Positions 1-12,961 of a stretch of DNA of 64,000 bases are shown in pieces. Source of the stretch: Eledone cirrhosa. Its lineage: Eukaryota. Location of the stretch: NCBI GenBank assembly GCA_964016885.1, contig OZ024742.1, positions 337,776,001-337,840,000 on the forward strand, given 5' to 3'. The first letter of the stretch is position 1. Each line of letters begins with the position of its first letter. The notes beneath the pieces were generated by a model. The model worked only from the letters and a program-made list of their open reading frames with translations. It did no database searches and had not been told where the DNA came from. The position numbers were made by a program, and so were the translations under genes.

Positions 1-2548
1 GTCGTTTGCCATACACATAGATGTTTGGTTCAGTGTACTGCCTACCAGGTGCAGGTTGGTACATGACGACGGTTTTCTTGAGACTGACAGTCAAACCCAG
101 GGCAGTGCAAGCGTCAGAAAATACATTCAAAATGTGCTGCATATCACTCTCTGTGTGCGCTACAAGATCGCAATCATCTGCATACAAGAGGTCTCTTATG
201 ACTGATGTAAATACTTTTGTCTTCGCAGCAAAGCGCCTGATGTTAAATATGCTGCCTGAGGTTCGATATCGGATGTAAACACCATGCTCGCAATTCCTGA
301 ATGCAATACAGAAAACCATTGCAAAGTATATGGCAAACAGGGTCGGTGCTGGAATATCCCCCTGTTTCACACCATTTTTTACTGAGATAGGCTCCGACAT
401 GTTACCTCCGACATTAACCCAAGCCTTCATGTCGTCATGGAAAGACCTAACTAAAGCAAGGAACTTATCAGGGCAACCAAGTTTCTGGAGAACCTTCCAT
501 AATGCATCTCTGTTGACAGTATCGAAAGCCTTTGTCAGATCGACAAAAACCTGATACAGATCCAAGCCCTGTTCAATGCACTTCTCCTGGAGCTGTCTAG
601 CTGAGAAGATCATATCAGTAGTGCCGCGTCCAACACGAAAACCAGATTGACTTTCAGGAAGGACACAATCTGCAATGTGTGTCAGCAGACGGTCCAGAAG
701 CACCCTACATAAAACTTTCCCCACGACAGAAAGCAATGATATACCTCTGTAGTTCCCACAATCATTCCTGTTACCCTTTCCCTTGTACAAGACCACCATT
801 ACCGCATCTCTCCAGTCCTCAGGCACGGATTCATTAGCCCATATCCCTCCAAACAGAGAGTGAAGATGTTGCAGGAGTCTCTCACCACCATATTGTAGGA
901 GCTCAGCATGTATGCCATCCATACCTGGAGATCTTCCACTGTTCAGCTTCGAAATAGCCACTGCAACCTCCACAAGTGTCGGAGGCTCTGCGAGAGCTAC
1001 TTTCACAGGACTTTCCGGAATGAGATTGAGGAAATCTTCACTGACGACAGACGGCTGATTCAAAAGATCATCAAAGTGCTCCCGCCACCTTCGTAGAATT
1101 CCCTGTGAGTCACGAAGAAGTTCTTTGCCATCCCTGCTGCGAATCGGTGTCACCAGAGAAGAAGACGGTCCATAAACCTCACGCAAGAGACTGTACAACA
1201 GCTTTGTGTTATTGCAATCAGACGCAGTTTGTATCTCACCAGCCTTCTCACTCCACCACTGATCCTTCATCTGAGAAAGACTCCGCCTAACACGTGATTT
1301 TACATCCCTGAGCTCCTCATGCAACGTATTCCTCTCCTGTGGTCTTGCCGTCAAGTAGCGTGACAGAGCGCGCCTCTTATCAGCCAACAAGTCATCTATA
1401 TGCACATCTTTCTCATTAAACCAGTCCTGATGTTTTCTCTGCACCAAACCCAGAACACGTCTGCCTACATCATAAACCGACTTTTTAAGGGTCGGCCAAT
1501 CCTCACCAAGATCTGCAGCCTGCATCTCTTCTTCCAATGTCCTCTTCACATTTTTATCCTTAAGACGAGCAGCATTCAATCTTTTGGGCAGGGTAACACC
1601 AGGAGCCCGGATTTTACGTTTGGTGATTAGATTCACTTTTGCGCGTACCAGGCGGTGGTCCGTCCAGCACTCAGCTCCACGAAGAACACGAACACACCGC
1701 ACATCCTGTCTGTCACGCATCCTGACTAGGACGTAGTCCAAAAGATGCCATTCCTTAGATGCAGGATGCATCCATGTGGTCTTGAATTTGTTCTTTTGTT
1801 GGAACATGGTGTTGGTAACACACAGATCCAGCTCCTCACACACCTGCAGCAAGAGCATACCATTGCTGTTACACTTTCCCACCCCATGCCTTCCGATTAC
1901 ATTCCATGTGTTAAAATCCCTACCCACTCTAGCATTAAAGTCACCAAGCACGATGACTTTGTCTGCCTGAGGGATATTTCTTAAAACACCTTTCAAGGCA
2001 TGGTAAAAGGACAGTTTTTCCTCATCGACAGAATTCATAGTTGGAGCATACACACTCACCAGGGTAGCATATCTTCCCTTGTCCAGCGGAACTCTCATGG
2101 ACATAAGACGCTCACTAATCCCCACTGGGAATTCTTCCAATTTATTCACCAGTACAGTCTTAACAGCAAATCCTACCCCAGCCTCTCTTCTGGTTCCTTC
2201 ATCTCTTCCTTTCCAGAAGAATGTATATTCTCCACAAAATTCCGTAAGATGACCATCTCCAGCTAACCTCGTCTCAGACAAAGCCACGATGTCAAGATCG
2301 TAACGTCGAAGCTCCTTCGCAACAAGAGCGGTCCTTCGTTCAGGACGCTCCAAAGAATCCCTGTCAAGCAGCGTCCGTACGTTCCAGCAGCCAAGACTAA
2401 ATGCCCTGTTTGGCTCTATTACAATGGCACGATGACGGGCGGGCCCAGGTTGTGATAACTTGGGGCCCCTGCCCTTATTGCCAATGATCCTTTTTGTTCC
2501 AGAACCCAAATTGGCAATTATCTCGTTTACATTGTTCTGGAACATCAT
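1..2548 (-). CDS. RTE/BovB-like LINE ORF (APE endonuclease + reverse transcriptase), runs off window start
   Basis: Manual translation from ATG at 2548 gives MMFQNN...LGCWNVRTLLDRDSLERPERRTALVAKELRRYDLDIVALSETRL (APE N-terminus). RDLLYADDC lies near 165-195 and QPAPGRQYTEP at the window start, in the same frame. It is absent from the ORF track, consistent with no in-window stop. Confidence 0.9.
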   Translation of the reverse strand, partial: MMFQNNVNEIIANLGSGTKRIIGNKGRGPKLSQPGPARHRAIVIEPNRAFSLGCWNVRTLLDRDSLERPERRTALVAKELRRYDLDIVALSETRLAGDGHLTEFCGEYTFFWKGRDEGTRREAGVGFAVKTVLVNKLEEFPVGISERLMSMRVPLDKGRYATLVSVYAPTMNSVDEEKLSFYHALKGVLRNIPQADKVIVLGDFNARVGRDFNTWNVIGRHGVGKCNSNGMLLLQVCEELDLCVTNTMFQQKNKFKTTWMHPASKEWHLLDYVLVRMRDRQDVRCVRVLRGAECWTDHRLVRAKVNLITKRKIRAPGVTLPKRLNAARLKDKNVKRTLEEEMQAADLGEDWPTLKKSVYDVGRRVLGLVQRKHQDWFNEKDVHIDDLLADKRRALSRYLTARPQERNTLHEELRDVKSRVRRSLSQMKDQWWSEKAGEIQTASDCNNTKLLYSLLREVYGPSSSLVTPIRSRDGKELLRDSQGILRRWREHFDDLLNQPSVVSEDFLNLIPESPVKVALAEPPTLVEVAVAISKLNSGRSPGMDGIHAELLQYGGERLLQHLHSLFGGIWANESVPEDWRDAVMVVLYKGKGNRNDCGNYRGISLLSVVGKVLCRVLLDRLLTHIADCVLPESQSGFRVGRGTTDMIFSARQLQEKCIEQGLDLYQVFVDLTKAFDTVNRDALWKVLQKLGCPDKFLALVRSFHDDMKAWVNVGGNMSEPISVKNGVKQGDIPAPTLFAIYFAMVFCIAFRNCEHGVYIRYRTSGSIFNIRRFAAKTKVFTSVIRDLLYADDCDLVAHTESDMQHILNVFSDACTALGLTVSLKKTVVMYQPAPGRQYTEPNIYVYGKR

Positions 2549-2591
2549 TGAATTGGGAAAAAAAAAAAAAAAAAAAAAAAAAGTAATAATA

Positions 2592-2626
<35 letters not shown>

Positions 2627-2925
2627 ACACTATTAATAATTATTAATGCACTCGTGCAATGCCTGTGCGTGACGAATATTTTTAAAGTGAGGAAAGACTG
2701 TGCACTGAACCAATCCCACTCTCTGAGCGACAGTAGCTATAACCCGAAAAGAAGAAAAGATCAACATCATCGGTAACTACTGAGCCGCAGGTTTTATATC
2801 GGAGTTAACCCAGTTTCCTGAGATGCCTTCTCCTAGAAGAATACCCTGACATGGGCTAGGGGTTCTTCACTCCCAGTGGTTTAACTGCGCGATCGGGCAT
2901 CCAGCCCGATTATTTCTGTCCCCGC

Positions 2926-2926
<1 letters not shown>
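2549..2926 (-). mobile_element. 5' UTR of the BovB-like RTE, interrupted by poly-A/(AAT)n
   Basis: Lies directly upstream of the ORF and contains a ctaggagaagg motif (minus strand). Homologous to 5485-5690. Confidence 0.7.
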
Positions 2927-2960
<34 letters not shown>

Positions 2961-3339
2961 ACTTATTGACACTTATACGTACGACATACACACACACGCA
3001 TACATATGCGTGCACACAGCAACACTCACACACACAACAAACACACACACACGCTACTCTACTCACTTACACGCACACACACACATATATATATATATAT
3101 TACCGTCATTACTGATACAAGATTACCAGATTATGTCAACTGTTGACTTTCAAGAGTTTGTATAGTTGAAGCCGATCGTATTACAGTCCAGTATTACTAT
3201 AATTGCTTTACAGCATAGAGTTATGGCTCTCCACGGAGTCAACAAAAGAGAGTACCAGTGATGCGCTGGCCAGTCGCTGGATCCGTGCCAAAAGCAGAAA
3301 AATTATTATTAAAGTTGTTCTTAAGGCCAGGTCGCTGGT

Positions 3340-3660
3340 GATGGTGATGGCGACGGCGGTGGCGGTGGTGGTGGTGGTGGCAGTTGATGTTGTTGTTCTG
3401 TTGTGTGTGTGTGTGTGTGTGTGTGTTTTGTTATTTTGAGTTTGTTTTTTTTTTCCTTTCTTTTTTTTCTCCTTTTTTTTTTTTTTTTTTTTTTTTTCCC
3501 CTTCCCTTTTCTTTTTTCTTTTCCCTTCCTTTTTTTATGTTTTGATGCCGCTGTTGTTGTTGTTGTTGTAATTGTTGTAAATGTTCATTTCAGTTCATTC
3601 TGAAGCTGTTGTTGCTGTAAACATTAGGGCCGGTGTTGTTGTTGTTGTAGATGTTGGGGT
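3340..3660. repeat. Low-complexity simple repeats (GGT, GTT, GT, poly-T)
   Basis: Seen directly. Confidence 0.9.
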
Positions 3661-4086
3661 TGAAATCTGGTTGTTTGACTGAGTGATGTATATACACACA
3701 TATACATACACACACATATATATATATACATTCAACAGAGAGTAGAGAGTTTGACAACAGGTCGATGACTTTAGTCTCGATAGGGTATGGTATGGTAATG
3801 ACATGTGATGGTGGGGAGAGAGTGTAGACGTTATTGTGGTGGTGTGGACAGTGAGATGTATCTAGTTCATTTGACCGTTTTCTTCTCTTAGCAAAATTTG
3901 AATTCTAGCCATGTTATATTGAGATGTAAGTAAATGTAAAATATAAATAAGGATTGCTCTGCTAAAATATACTAAAATATTTGTGTAACTTCCACAAACT
4001 TCTGTCGTGACATTCCCGAGACCAGTAACCAACAAATTGTTGTATTTTGATGTTTCAGAATACAAAAATTAATTAAAAACTTACCC

Positions 4087-4366
4087 CATACATACATATA
4101 CATATATATATACAAATATATATACAAATATACATACATATATATATATACATATATATAGAATGTACATATTTTTCTATCATCTCTACCTCCACACTCC
4201 TATTTCGTATCAAGTCCAAATAGCCAATCTATTGCTAAAACAAATCTGCATTTTTTGTTATCATTAATTGTTAGATACGAGAGTTTTTGCTGTATTGAAC
4301 AGAACAAATCTTGTTTTTGTTAATCGCTTGTTAAATACAAGGACCTCATTCAATCATTACCTTCTA
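4087..4366 (+). repeat. 280-bp direct duplication, copy 1 (probable long target-site duplication)
   Basis: Matches 8611-8890 at a constant offset of 4524, with two visible mismatches. Confidence 0.9.
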
Positions 4367-4439
4367 CCTATATACATACACACATATATATATATATATA
4401 TATACTTACACATATACATATACATATATATATACATAT

Positions 4440-4483
4440 ATGCTAGCGTGGAGGAACGGATGTAAAACGGTGATGATGATGAT
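4440..4483 (+). mobile_element. RTE family A 3' tip with (GAT)n tail
   Basis: tgctagcgtggaggaacggatgtaaaacggtgatgatgat matches 26358-26397. Confidence 0.85.
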
Positions 4484-4523
4484 ACATATATACATATACA
4501 TACATACATATACACATACATAC

Positions 4524-4554
<31 letters not shown>

Positions 4555-4830
4555 CATATATATACATACATATATACATACATATATACATTCATATATA
4601 TATATACATACATATATATATATACATATATATACATATATATATATATACATATATATACATACATATATACATACATATATACATTCATATATATATA
4701 TACATACATATATATATATACATATATATACATACATACATATACATACATATATATACATACATATACATACATACATATATACATACATACATATATA
4801 TACATACATACATACATATATATATATATA

Positions 4831-4864
<34 letters not shown>

Positions 4865-5041
4865 CATACATACATATATGCATACATACATACATATATA
4901 TATATACACATACATACATACATATATATACACATACATACATACATATATATATACATACATACATATATATATACATACATATATATATACATACATA
5001 CATATATATATACATACATACATATATACATACATACATAT

Positions 5042-5074
<33 letters not shown>

Positions 5075-5163
5075 TATACATACATACATATATATATACA
5101 TACATATATACATACATATATATATATATACATACATATATACATACATATATATATATATAC

Positions 5164-5242
<79 letters not shown>

Positions 5243-5271
5243 CATACATACATACATACATACATACATAC
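4484..5271. repeat. (TA)n/(TACA)n microsatellite
   Basis: Seen directly. Confidence 0.95.
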
Positions 5272-5690
5272 ATTGTGGCTGCCAACTCGTTTTCGAGTAC
5301 GGCCACTACTTTATATCCATGTAGGAGAACCCCTACTGATGCGCTGAACGAGTGTGACTTTTTAGTTCAGCCAGCGACTTGAAAACTCTGGTACAAACAC
5401 TACACTTGTGACAATTATTGACACATAGTGCTGGGCCCATTGTACCCTGTGATGACATGTGCAGAGAGATCTCCAGATATAAACCAATGCCTGTGCCGTG
5501 AAGCTTTTATAGTGAGCAAAGGCACTGCACAAAGCCAGTCCCACTCTCTTAACCAAGATGATATTTACCAAAAAGAAGAACAAGTCAACATCATTGGATA
5601 CCATCAAGGTTGCAGGTGTTATATCAGAGTTTTCCTTCTCCTAGAATTCTGCCTTGACAAAGGCTAAGGGGTCATCTCTCATACATACAT
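5272..5690 (-). mobile_element. Diverged BovB-like RTE 5' UTR fragment
   Basis: 5485-5690 shares collinear blocks with 2657-2862 (caatgcctgtgc, tcccactctct, aaaagaagaa, tcaacatcat, ccttctcctagaa). Confidence 0.7.
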
Positions 5691-5766
5691 ATATATACAT
5701 ACATATACATATATATATACATATATATACATACATATACATATATATATACATACATATATATAT

Positions 5767-8160
5767 ATCATCATCACCGTTTTACGTCCGTTCTTCCACG
5801 CTAGCATGGGTTAGACGGGTTGTCCTGTTGTGGGCAGTGTCTGGTCGGCTGACCATGCCTTGCTCATACAGGAACTGATCTGGCTTGATTTCTACAGCTG
5901 GATGCCCTTCCTAACACCAACCTCATTTACAGTGAGTGCTGGGTGCTTTTTCGTGGCGCCTACACGTCCACTTTACAGTGTGGGCTGGGTGCTTTTTTGC
6001 CGTGGCACCTCCACGACCACCTTGCGGTGGGGGGAGTGGGGGCATATTGTTTATATGCTTCAGCATGTACCCATGGGAGGTCGGGTACCCTGTATTACTA
6101 CGTGACGCCAGAAGTCACGGTCGTGTGTCATTGTCTTTGAGAGGTGTAGTTGGGTAAGGTCGGCTTTTATCACCTCATCCCAAGTCATCTTGGGTCTCCC
6201 CCACTCCGCGGTTTCCATCAACTTCTAGTGCTCTGCACCTTTTTATGCAGCTGTCATCCTTCATACGCATCACATGTCCATACCAGCGTAACCGCCTCTC
6301 CTGCACGCAGCATTTGATTCCTCTTATGCTCAGTCTCTCTCTCAATTCCTTTATGCTTTGTCGTTCACGTATATTACTGTTACACATCCATCGGAGCATG
6401 CAGGCTTCGTTTCTCTCTAATCTACGTAAGTCTTCCACCTTAAGCACCCAGGTCTCACTACCATGCAACATCGCTGTTCGGATACACGCATCATACAGTC
6501 TGCCTTTCATTCTGAGGGAGAAGCCTTTTGCAGCTAGCAGTGGTAGTAGTTCCCTAAACTTCTTCCATCCCGTTCTTACCCTAGTTATTGTACTTTCTGA
6601 GCACCCACCTCCGTTGCTAATTCGGTCACCTAGGTAGCAGAAGCTGTCTACTGTTTCTACAGGGCCCTCCCAGAGATTGGTGGTACTTGTTTCCTGTGGC
6701 TGTTTGCTTGCTGTTTCAGCACAGCTGCTGCATGTGAATCCTACATTCTTAATTAAGCTTCCTGAGATCCCGCTACATCTCTTGTGTACCCATTGTTTGC
6801 ATTTGGGGCAGAGAATGGAGTTCCTACCTACACCTTTCCTACATACTGAGCAAGGCCATTTCCCTGAGGGGATCTGGGTTCTGTTTCCTCGTCTACTTAT
6901 AAGGACCTTAGTCTTTGTCATGTTGACTTTGAGGCCCTTTCTCTCTAGTCCCTGCTTCCAGGTTTGGAATTTATTCTCTAGTTCTACCATAGATTCAGCT
7001 ATGAGTGCGAGGTCATCAGCATACAGGAGTTCCCATGGGCATCCGGTCTTAAACTCCTCCGTTATTGCCTGCAGGACTATGATGAACAGGAGAGGGCTAA
7101 GAACAGAGCCCTGGTGGACCCCAACCTGTACGCTAAATTCCTCGCTATACTCATTGCTAATCCTAACTTTGCTGACTGCTCCCCCATACATGGCTTGTAC
7201 CGCTTTCACAAGCCATTCATCTACTCCTAGTTTTCTAAGAGCCCACCAGATTACTGCACGTGGAACTCTGTCAAAGGCTTTCTCAAGGTCGACAAATGTC
7301 AAGTAAAGTGGCTTACTTTTAGCTCGGTACTTTTCCTGTAATTGCCTCACAAGGAAGAGGGCATCAGTGGTGCCTTTCCCTGGTACAAACCCAAATTGCA
7401 TCTCGTCTATATTCACCTGGTCCCAATCAGCTGTGCTATAACTCTTTCTGTTACTTTCATGACCTGGTCCATCAACTTTATACCTCTATAGTTTCCTCTA
7501 TCTAGTGCATCGCCTTTACCTTTGTAGCAGTTGACAATGATGCTACTGCACCAATCTTTTGGTATGGCCCCCTCTAGTATTACCTGGTTAACGATACGTG
7601 TGGTTATAGTGTGACCTACAGACCCAGATGCCTTCAGCATCTCGGCAGCTATACCCGATGGACCGGTTGCCTTTCCTATCTTCATATCTCTGATTGCCTT
7701 ACTTACTACGCTGCCGCTGACTTGTACTGCTGGTCCCTCTATAGGGTCTACGTGGGGTAGGGTCTCTTCTTCCCATGCATTCTCCTCATTTAGTAATCTA
7801 TCATAATGACTCTTCGATGCATCTTTCTTCTCAGCACTTGTGACGGCAAGCTCACCTTTATCATTCCGGATACACTTCTCTCCAATGACATCACAACTAT
7901 CTCTGACACACTGCCTCGCAATCTTGAATACCTCCTGTTTCTGGTCCTCACGTTGTAAGACATGCTTGAATTTTCTATCCTCTGCTTCCCTCCTAGCTAA
8001 GTATACTTGTCGCCTAGCTTCCCTCTTGGTCTCTATGTAATGTACCCTGCTCCCCTCGTTCTTCCATTCTGTCCATGCCTGTCTCGTGAGGTCGCTGACA
8101 ACTAAGCTATGTTGGGATGTACATTCCTCACTAGGGAAGGCTTTTGTGTTTACGACCATC
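5767..8160 (-). mobile_element. RTE family A, 5'-truncated, internally deleted, frameshifted
   Basis: ORFs 6175-7416 and part of 7413-8663 are near-identical to the 1039-aa ORF. A ~280-bp deletion sits at gacctcacg|agacaggca. The 3' UTR and (GAT)n tail end at 5767. Confidence 0.95.
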
Positions 8161-8226
8161 CATATACATATATATATACATACATACCTATATATATACA
8201 TATATACATATATATATACATACATA

Positions 8227-8286
<60 letters not shown>

Positions 8287-8463
8287 TATATACATACATA
8301 TATATATATACATACATATATATATATACATACATATATATACGTACATATATATATACATACATATATATATACATATATATATATATACATACATATA
8401 TATATATATATACATACATATATATATATATATACATACATATATATATACATATATATATAT

Positions 8464-8496
<33 letters not shown>

Positions 8497-8610
8497 TACA
8501 TACATATATATATATATACATACATACATATATATATATATACATACATACATATATATATACATACATACATATATACATACATACATATATACATACA
8601 TATATATATA

Positions 8611-8890
8611 CATACATACATATACATATATATATACAAATATATATACAAATATACATACATATATATATATACATATATATAGAATGTACATATTTTT
8701 CTATCATCTCTACCTCCACACTCCTATTTCGTATCAAGTCCAAATAGCCAATCTATTGCTAAAACAAATCTGCATTTTTTGTTATCATTAATTGTTAGAT
8801 ACGAGAGTTTTTGTTGTATTGAACAGAACAAATCTTGTTTTTGTTAATCGCTTGTTAAATACAAGGACGTCATTCAATCATTACCTTCTA
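8611..8890 (+). repeat. 280-bp direct duplication, copy 2
   Basis: Matches 4087-4366. Confidence 0.9.
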
Positions 8891-11800
8891 GCTAGCTACC
8901 CAACACCCCTCCCTTCCGCCCCACGCACCACCATTGTTATTACGTGGACCAATCATAAGCCAGAGCCCCCACGCATCACCAGTATTATTATGACGCGGAC
9001 CAATCATAAGCCAGAGGCCTATACTATCGCTTGCCTGGTTGCCTTTCGATATATGATGGATGGATGGACTGCGGAATCCTGGAGAGTGGAGGAGAGAGAG
9101 AAAAATCTGGACGCTCAGCGACAATGCCAAAGATAAAGACAAATTCACCTCGTGGACGAGAATGCGAGCACTCCTCATTGTTTCGACCGCGGACGGCTAA
9201 CATAACCCCATCGCCCCCCGCCCCCCACAACCCCCAAACGCAATCCAAAACTTCAGAGTTGGTACCATAAATGTAGGCACCTTAAAGGGTCGCGCTAACG
9301 AGGTTGTAGAAATGCTTGAACGTAAGGAGGTCGATGTTTGTTGTATTCAAGAGACCAGGTGGAGGGGTGGGCCTGCTAGATTCATTGAGGGTAAAAAACG
9401 ATGTTATAAGCTTTTCTGGGCGGGAAACGACGATGGGCTGGGTGGAGTAGGAATCATGGTAGCAGAAAAGTGGGCAGATAAGATAATAGACGTAAATAGA
9501 GTGAACGACAGAATAATTAAAATAAGACTTGTCCTCAATAGAACTACGGAGACACTAATATCTGCGTACGCACCCCAATCTGGACTGCCCGGCACTATAA
9601 AAGACAGATTCTATGAGACACTGTTGCTAACTACCTCCCAAATATCTGACAGTGACTATATAATTATCGCAGGCGACCTAAATGGTCACGTTGGACAACA
9701 TTGTGACGGCTACGACGAAATCCATGGAGGCTATGGGTTTGGTACAAGAATTGAGGAAGGCTCCAGAATCCTGGAATTCTGTGACGCAAATAACCTAACT
9801 ATCTGTAACACTAACTTCAAAAAACGTGACAATCACCTGATCACCTATAGATCCGGGGAACACACAAGCCAGGTAGATTATATCCTTATCAGAAGACGTG
9901 ACAGAGTGTCTGTTGTAAACACTAAATCCCTCCCCCATAAAGAATGCACCTCCCAACATAGACTGATAATTAGCGACCTCATAGTCAGGACGAGACGTAC
10001 TCGACAGCAGAAGAGGACTATCCTCAGGAGAAAAATATGGAAGCTAAAGGACCCCACAGCCAGAAATAAATTTCAAAGCATATTACTTGATGCTTTCGAC
10101 AGTAAGGAAGAGCATTTAGAGTCGGACAATATAGAGGGACAGTGGGAATTTCTGAAAGCAAACCTGCTGATGGCGACAGACGAAGTCTGTGGCTCGAGCA
10201 GGCCTGTAGGCAGTAGGAGAGTAACATGGTGGTGGAACAGTAGGGTGGAGGGGTCAATTAAGGCCAAAAAGCAGGCTTGGAAAGTATGGCGGGATGGGGG
10301 AAGTAGAGAAGACTATCAAGTGGCCAGGAGGGAGGCTAGGAGACAAGTGTACTTCGCAAGAAGGGAAGCAGAGGAAAGAAAGTTCAAGCATGTTCTACAA
10401 CGCGAGGACCAAAAACGTGAGGTGTTCAGGATTGCTAGGCAATGTGTCAAGGAAAACCGTGATATTGTCAGGGAGAAGTGTGTACTTAATGATGACGGCG
10501 TACTTGCCATCACCGACGCTGATAAGAAGGTAGCTTGGAAGTGCTACTATGAAAGGCTACTAAATGAGGAGAATAAATGGGAGAAAGACAGTCTCCCCCA
10601 CATCGACCCAATAGAGGGACCAGCAGTGTTAGTCGAGGGTAGTATAATAAGTAAGGCAATCAAGGATATGAAGACGGGTAAGGCGGCTGGGCCTTCGGAA
10701 ATAGTTGCTGAGATGCTGAAGGCATCTGGCTCGGTGGGACACACCTTGGTCACCCGGATAGTTAACCAAGTCGTACAGAATGGGGTTGTTCCGAAGGTCT
10801 GGCATAGCAGCATCATCGTTAACTGTTATAAGGGTAAAGGAGATGCTCTAGATAGAGGGATAACTAGAGGAATAACTAGATAGGAGTAACTATAGACGCA
10901 TAACTTCAGGTCATGAAGGTCACGGAAAAAGTAATAGCGCAACTAATCAGAGAGAGAATTGACCTAGATGAAATGCAGTTTGGGTTTGTGTCAGGCAAAA
11001 GTACCACAGACGCTCTTTTCATTGTACGTCAACTACAGGAGAAGTACCTAGCTAAAGGTAAACCCCTCTACTTAGCTTTTGTCGACTTGGAGAAAGCCTT
11101 CGACTGAGTCCCCCGTTCCATTATCTGGTGGGCCCTTAGAAAACTAGGTGTCGACGAATGGCTTGTGAGAGCTATACAAGCCATGTATAAAGAAACAGTC
11201 AGCAAGGTTAGAATTAACAACGAATATAGTGAAGAGTATAGCATAAAAGTTGGCCTCCATCAGGGCTCTGTTCTCAGCCCCCTACTATTTATTATTGCCC
11301 TTCAGGCTATAACAGAGGAGTTCAAGACCGGCTGCCCATGGGAACTCCTATACGCAGATGACCTGACACTCATAGCTGAATCAATGGCCGAGCTAGACAA
11401 GAAATTCCAAACATGGAAGCACGGCCTAGAATCAAAAGGACTTAAAATTAACCTGGCTAAGACTAAAGTTCTAGTTTGTAGGAAAGAAAATAAGGCGACG
11501 GTCCCTTCCGGGAATTGGCCATGCTCAGTGTGTAGGAAAGGCGTAGGTAGAAACTCCATTTTATGTCCCCAATGCAAAGTATGGGTGCATAGAAGATGTA
11601 GTGGGATCACAGGTAAGCTAACTAAGAACATAAATTTTACATGTGGGCGGTGCTCTGGTGCAATAAGTAGCAGCAAGTGCCCACAAAATACTAGCTCCTT
11701 CAACTGCGCAGAGGGCTCTATAGAAATAGTGGAAAGCTTCCGTTACCTGGGTGACAAAATCAGCAGAGGGGGAGGGTGCTCTGAAAGTACAGTAGCTAGA

Positions 11801-12684
11801 GTCAGAACTGGATGGAAAAAGTTCAGAGAGCTTATACCACTATTAGCCGCTAAAGGGTTCTCCCTAAAAGTGAAAGGCAGGTTGTATGATGCCTGCATAC
11901 GAACAGCAATGTTGCATGGCAGTGAGACCTGGGCATTGTGTGCAGAGGATATACGCAGACTAGAGAGGAACGAAGCTTGCATGCTCCGCTGGATGTGTAA
12001 CAGTAATATACGTGAACGGCAAAGTATAAACGAACTAAGGAAAAAATTAGAAATAAGAGGGATCAGATGTTGTTTACTCGAGAGAAGGCTACGTTGGTAT
12101 GGACACGTGATGTGCATGAAAGTCGATAGCTGTATAACAAGGTGCAGGGCAATAAAGATAGACGGTAGCCACGGAATAGGCAGACATAGAAAAACCTGGG
12201 ACGAGCTGATAAACTCCGACCTCACACACACCTCTCCAAGACAATGTCACTGGACCGAGACCTTTGGCGGTACTCAGTAATAGAGAAGACCCGCCTTACC
12301 TAAATACATAGTAAAACCTACTACAGCCAGTAGGCATCTCTAACAAAATACACCCCCGTCCCACCACCCACACCCCCATCCACACCACCCCCTCCTATGT
12401 AAAGTTATGTTGGTGCCACAACATCCAGGCCGAAACAAATGAGATCGTGTAGGTGTCACGACAAAAAAAAGACAGTCCACGCTGTAATGTGGCCGTGTAG
12501 GCAACACGGTAAAAACCTCCCAGTCCCACACTGTAAATGTGGTTGGTGTTAGGAAGGGCATCCAACTGTAGAAAACCTGCCAGACAGTCCTGTGCGAGCA
12601 AGACAATCACTCTTGCCTCAAGTGGGAAAACCCCCGTCCAAAACCATGCAAGCGTGGAACACGGACGTTAAACGTTGATGATGA
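8891..12684 (+). mobile_element. RTE family B, near full length, ORF broken by stops/frameshifts
   Basis: APE (VCCIQETRW, GDLNGH, SQVDYIL), RT ([22 protein letters not shown]), PHD-like finger, 3' UTR and (GAT)n tail. Confidence 0.95.
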
Positions 12685-12780
12685 TATATGTATATATCTA
12701 TGTATGTATATATATATATATATATATCTATGTATGTATATATATATATATATGTATGTATATATATATATATATGTATG

Positions 12781-12811
<31 letters not shown>

Positions 12812-12878
12812 ATATATATATATGTATGTATATATATATATATATGTACATATGTATATATATGTATATGTATATATG

Positions 12879-12911
<33 letters not shown>

Positions 12912-12961
12912 GTATGTATGTATGTATATATGTATGTATATATATATATATGTATGTATGC

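Noticed and set aside
3100-4086. Possible host exons
   Set aside because: No coherent ORF, domain or splice pair can be supported.
5335-5395. ctgatgc..gctgaac/gttcagc..gaaa as a hammerhead
   Set aside because: The core is CUGAUGC, GAAA is not adjacent to the stem, and there is no stem I.
10845-10910. Scrambled tagatag/aactag reiterations in family B
   Set aside because: A local templated-insertion scar that breaks the ORF; it is absent from the other B copy.
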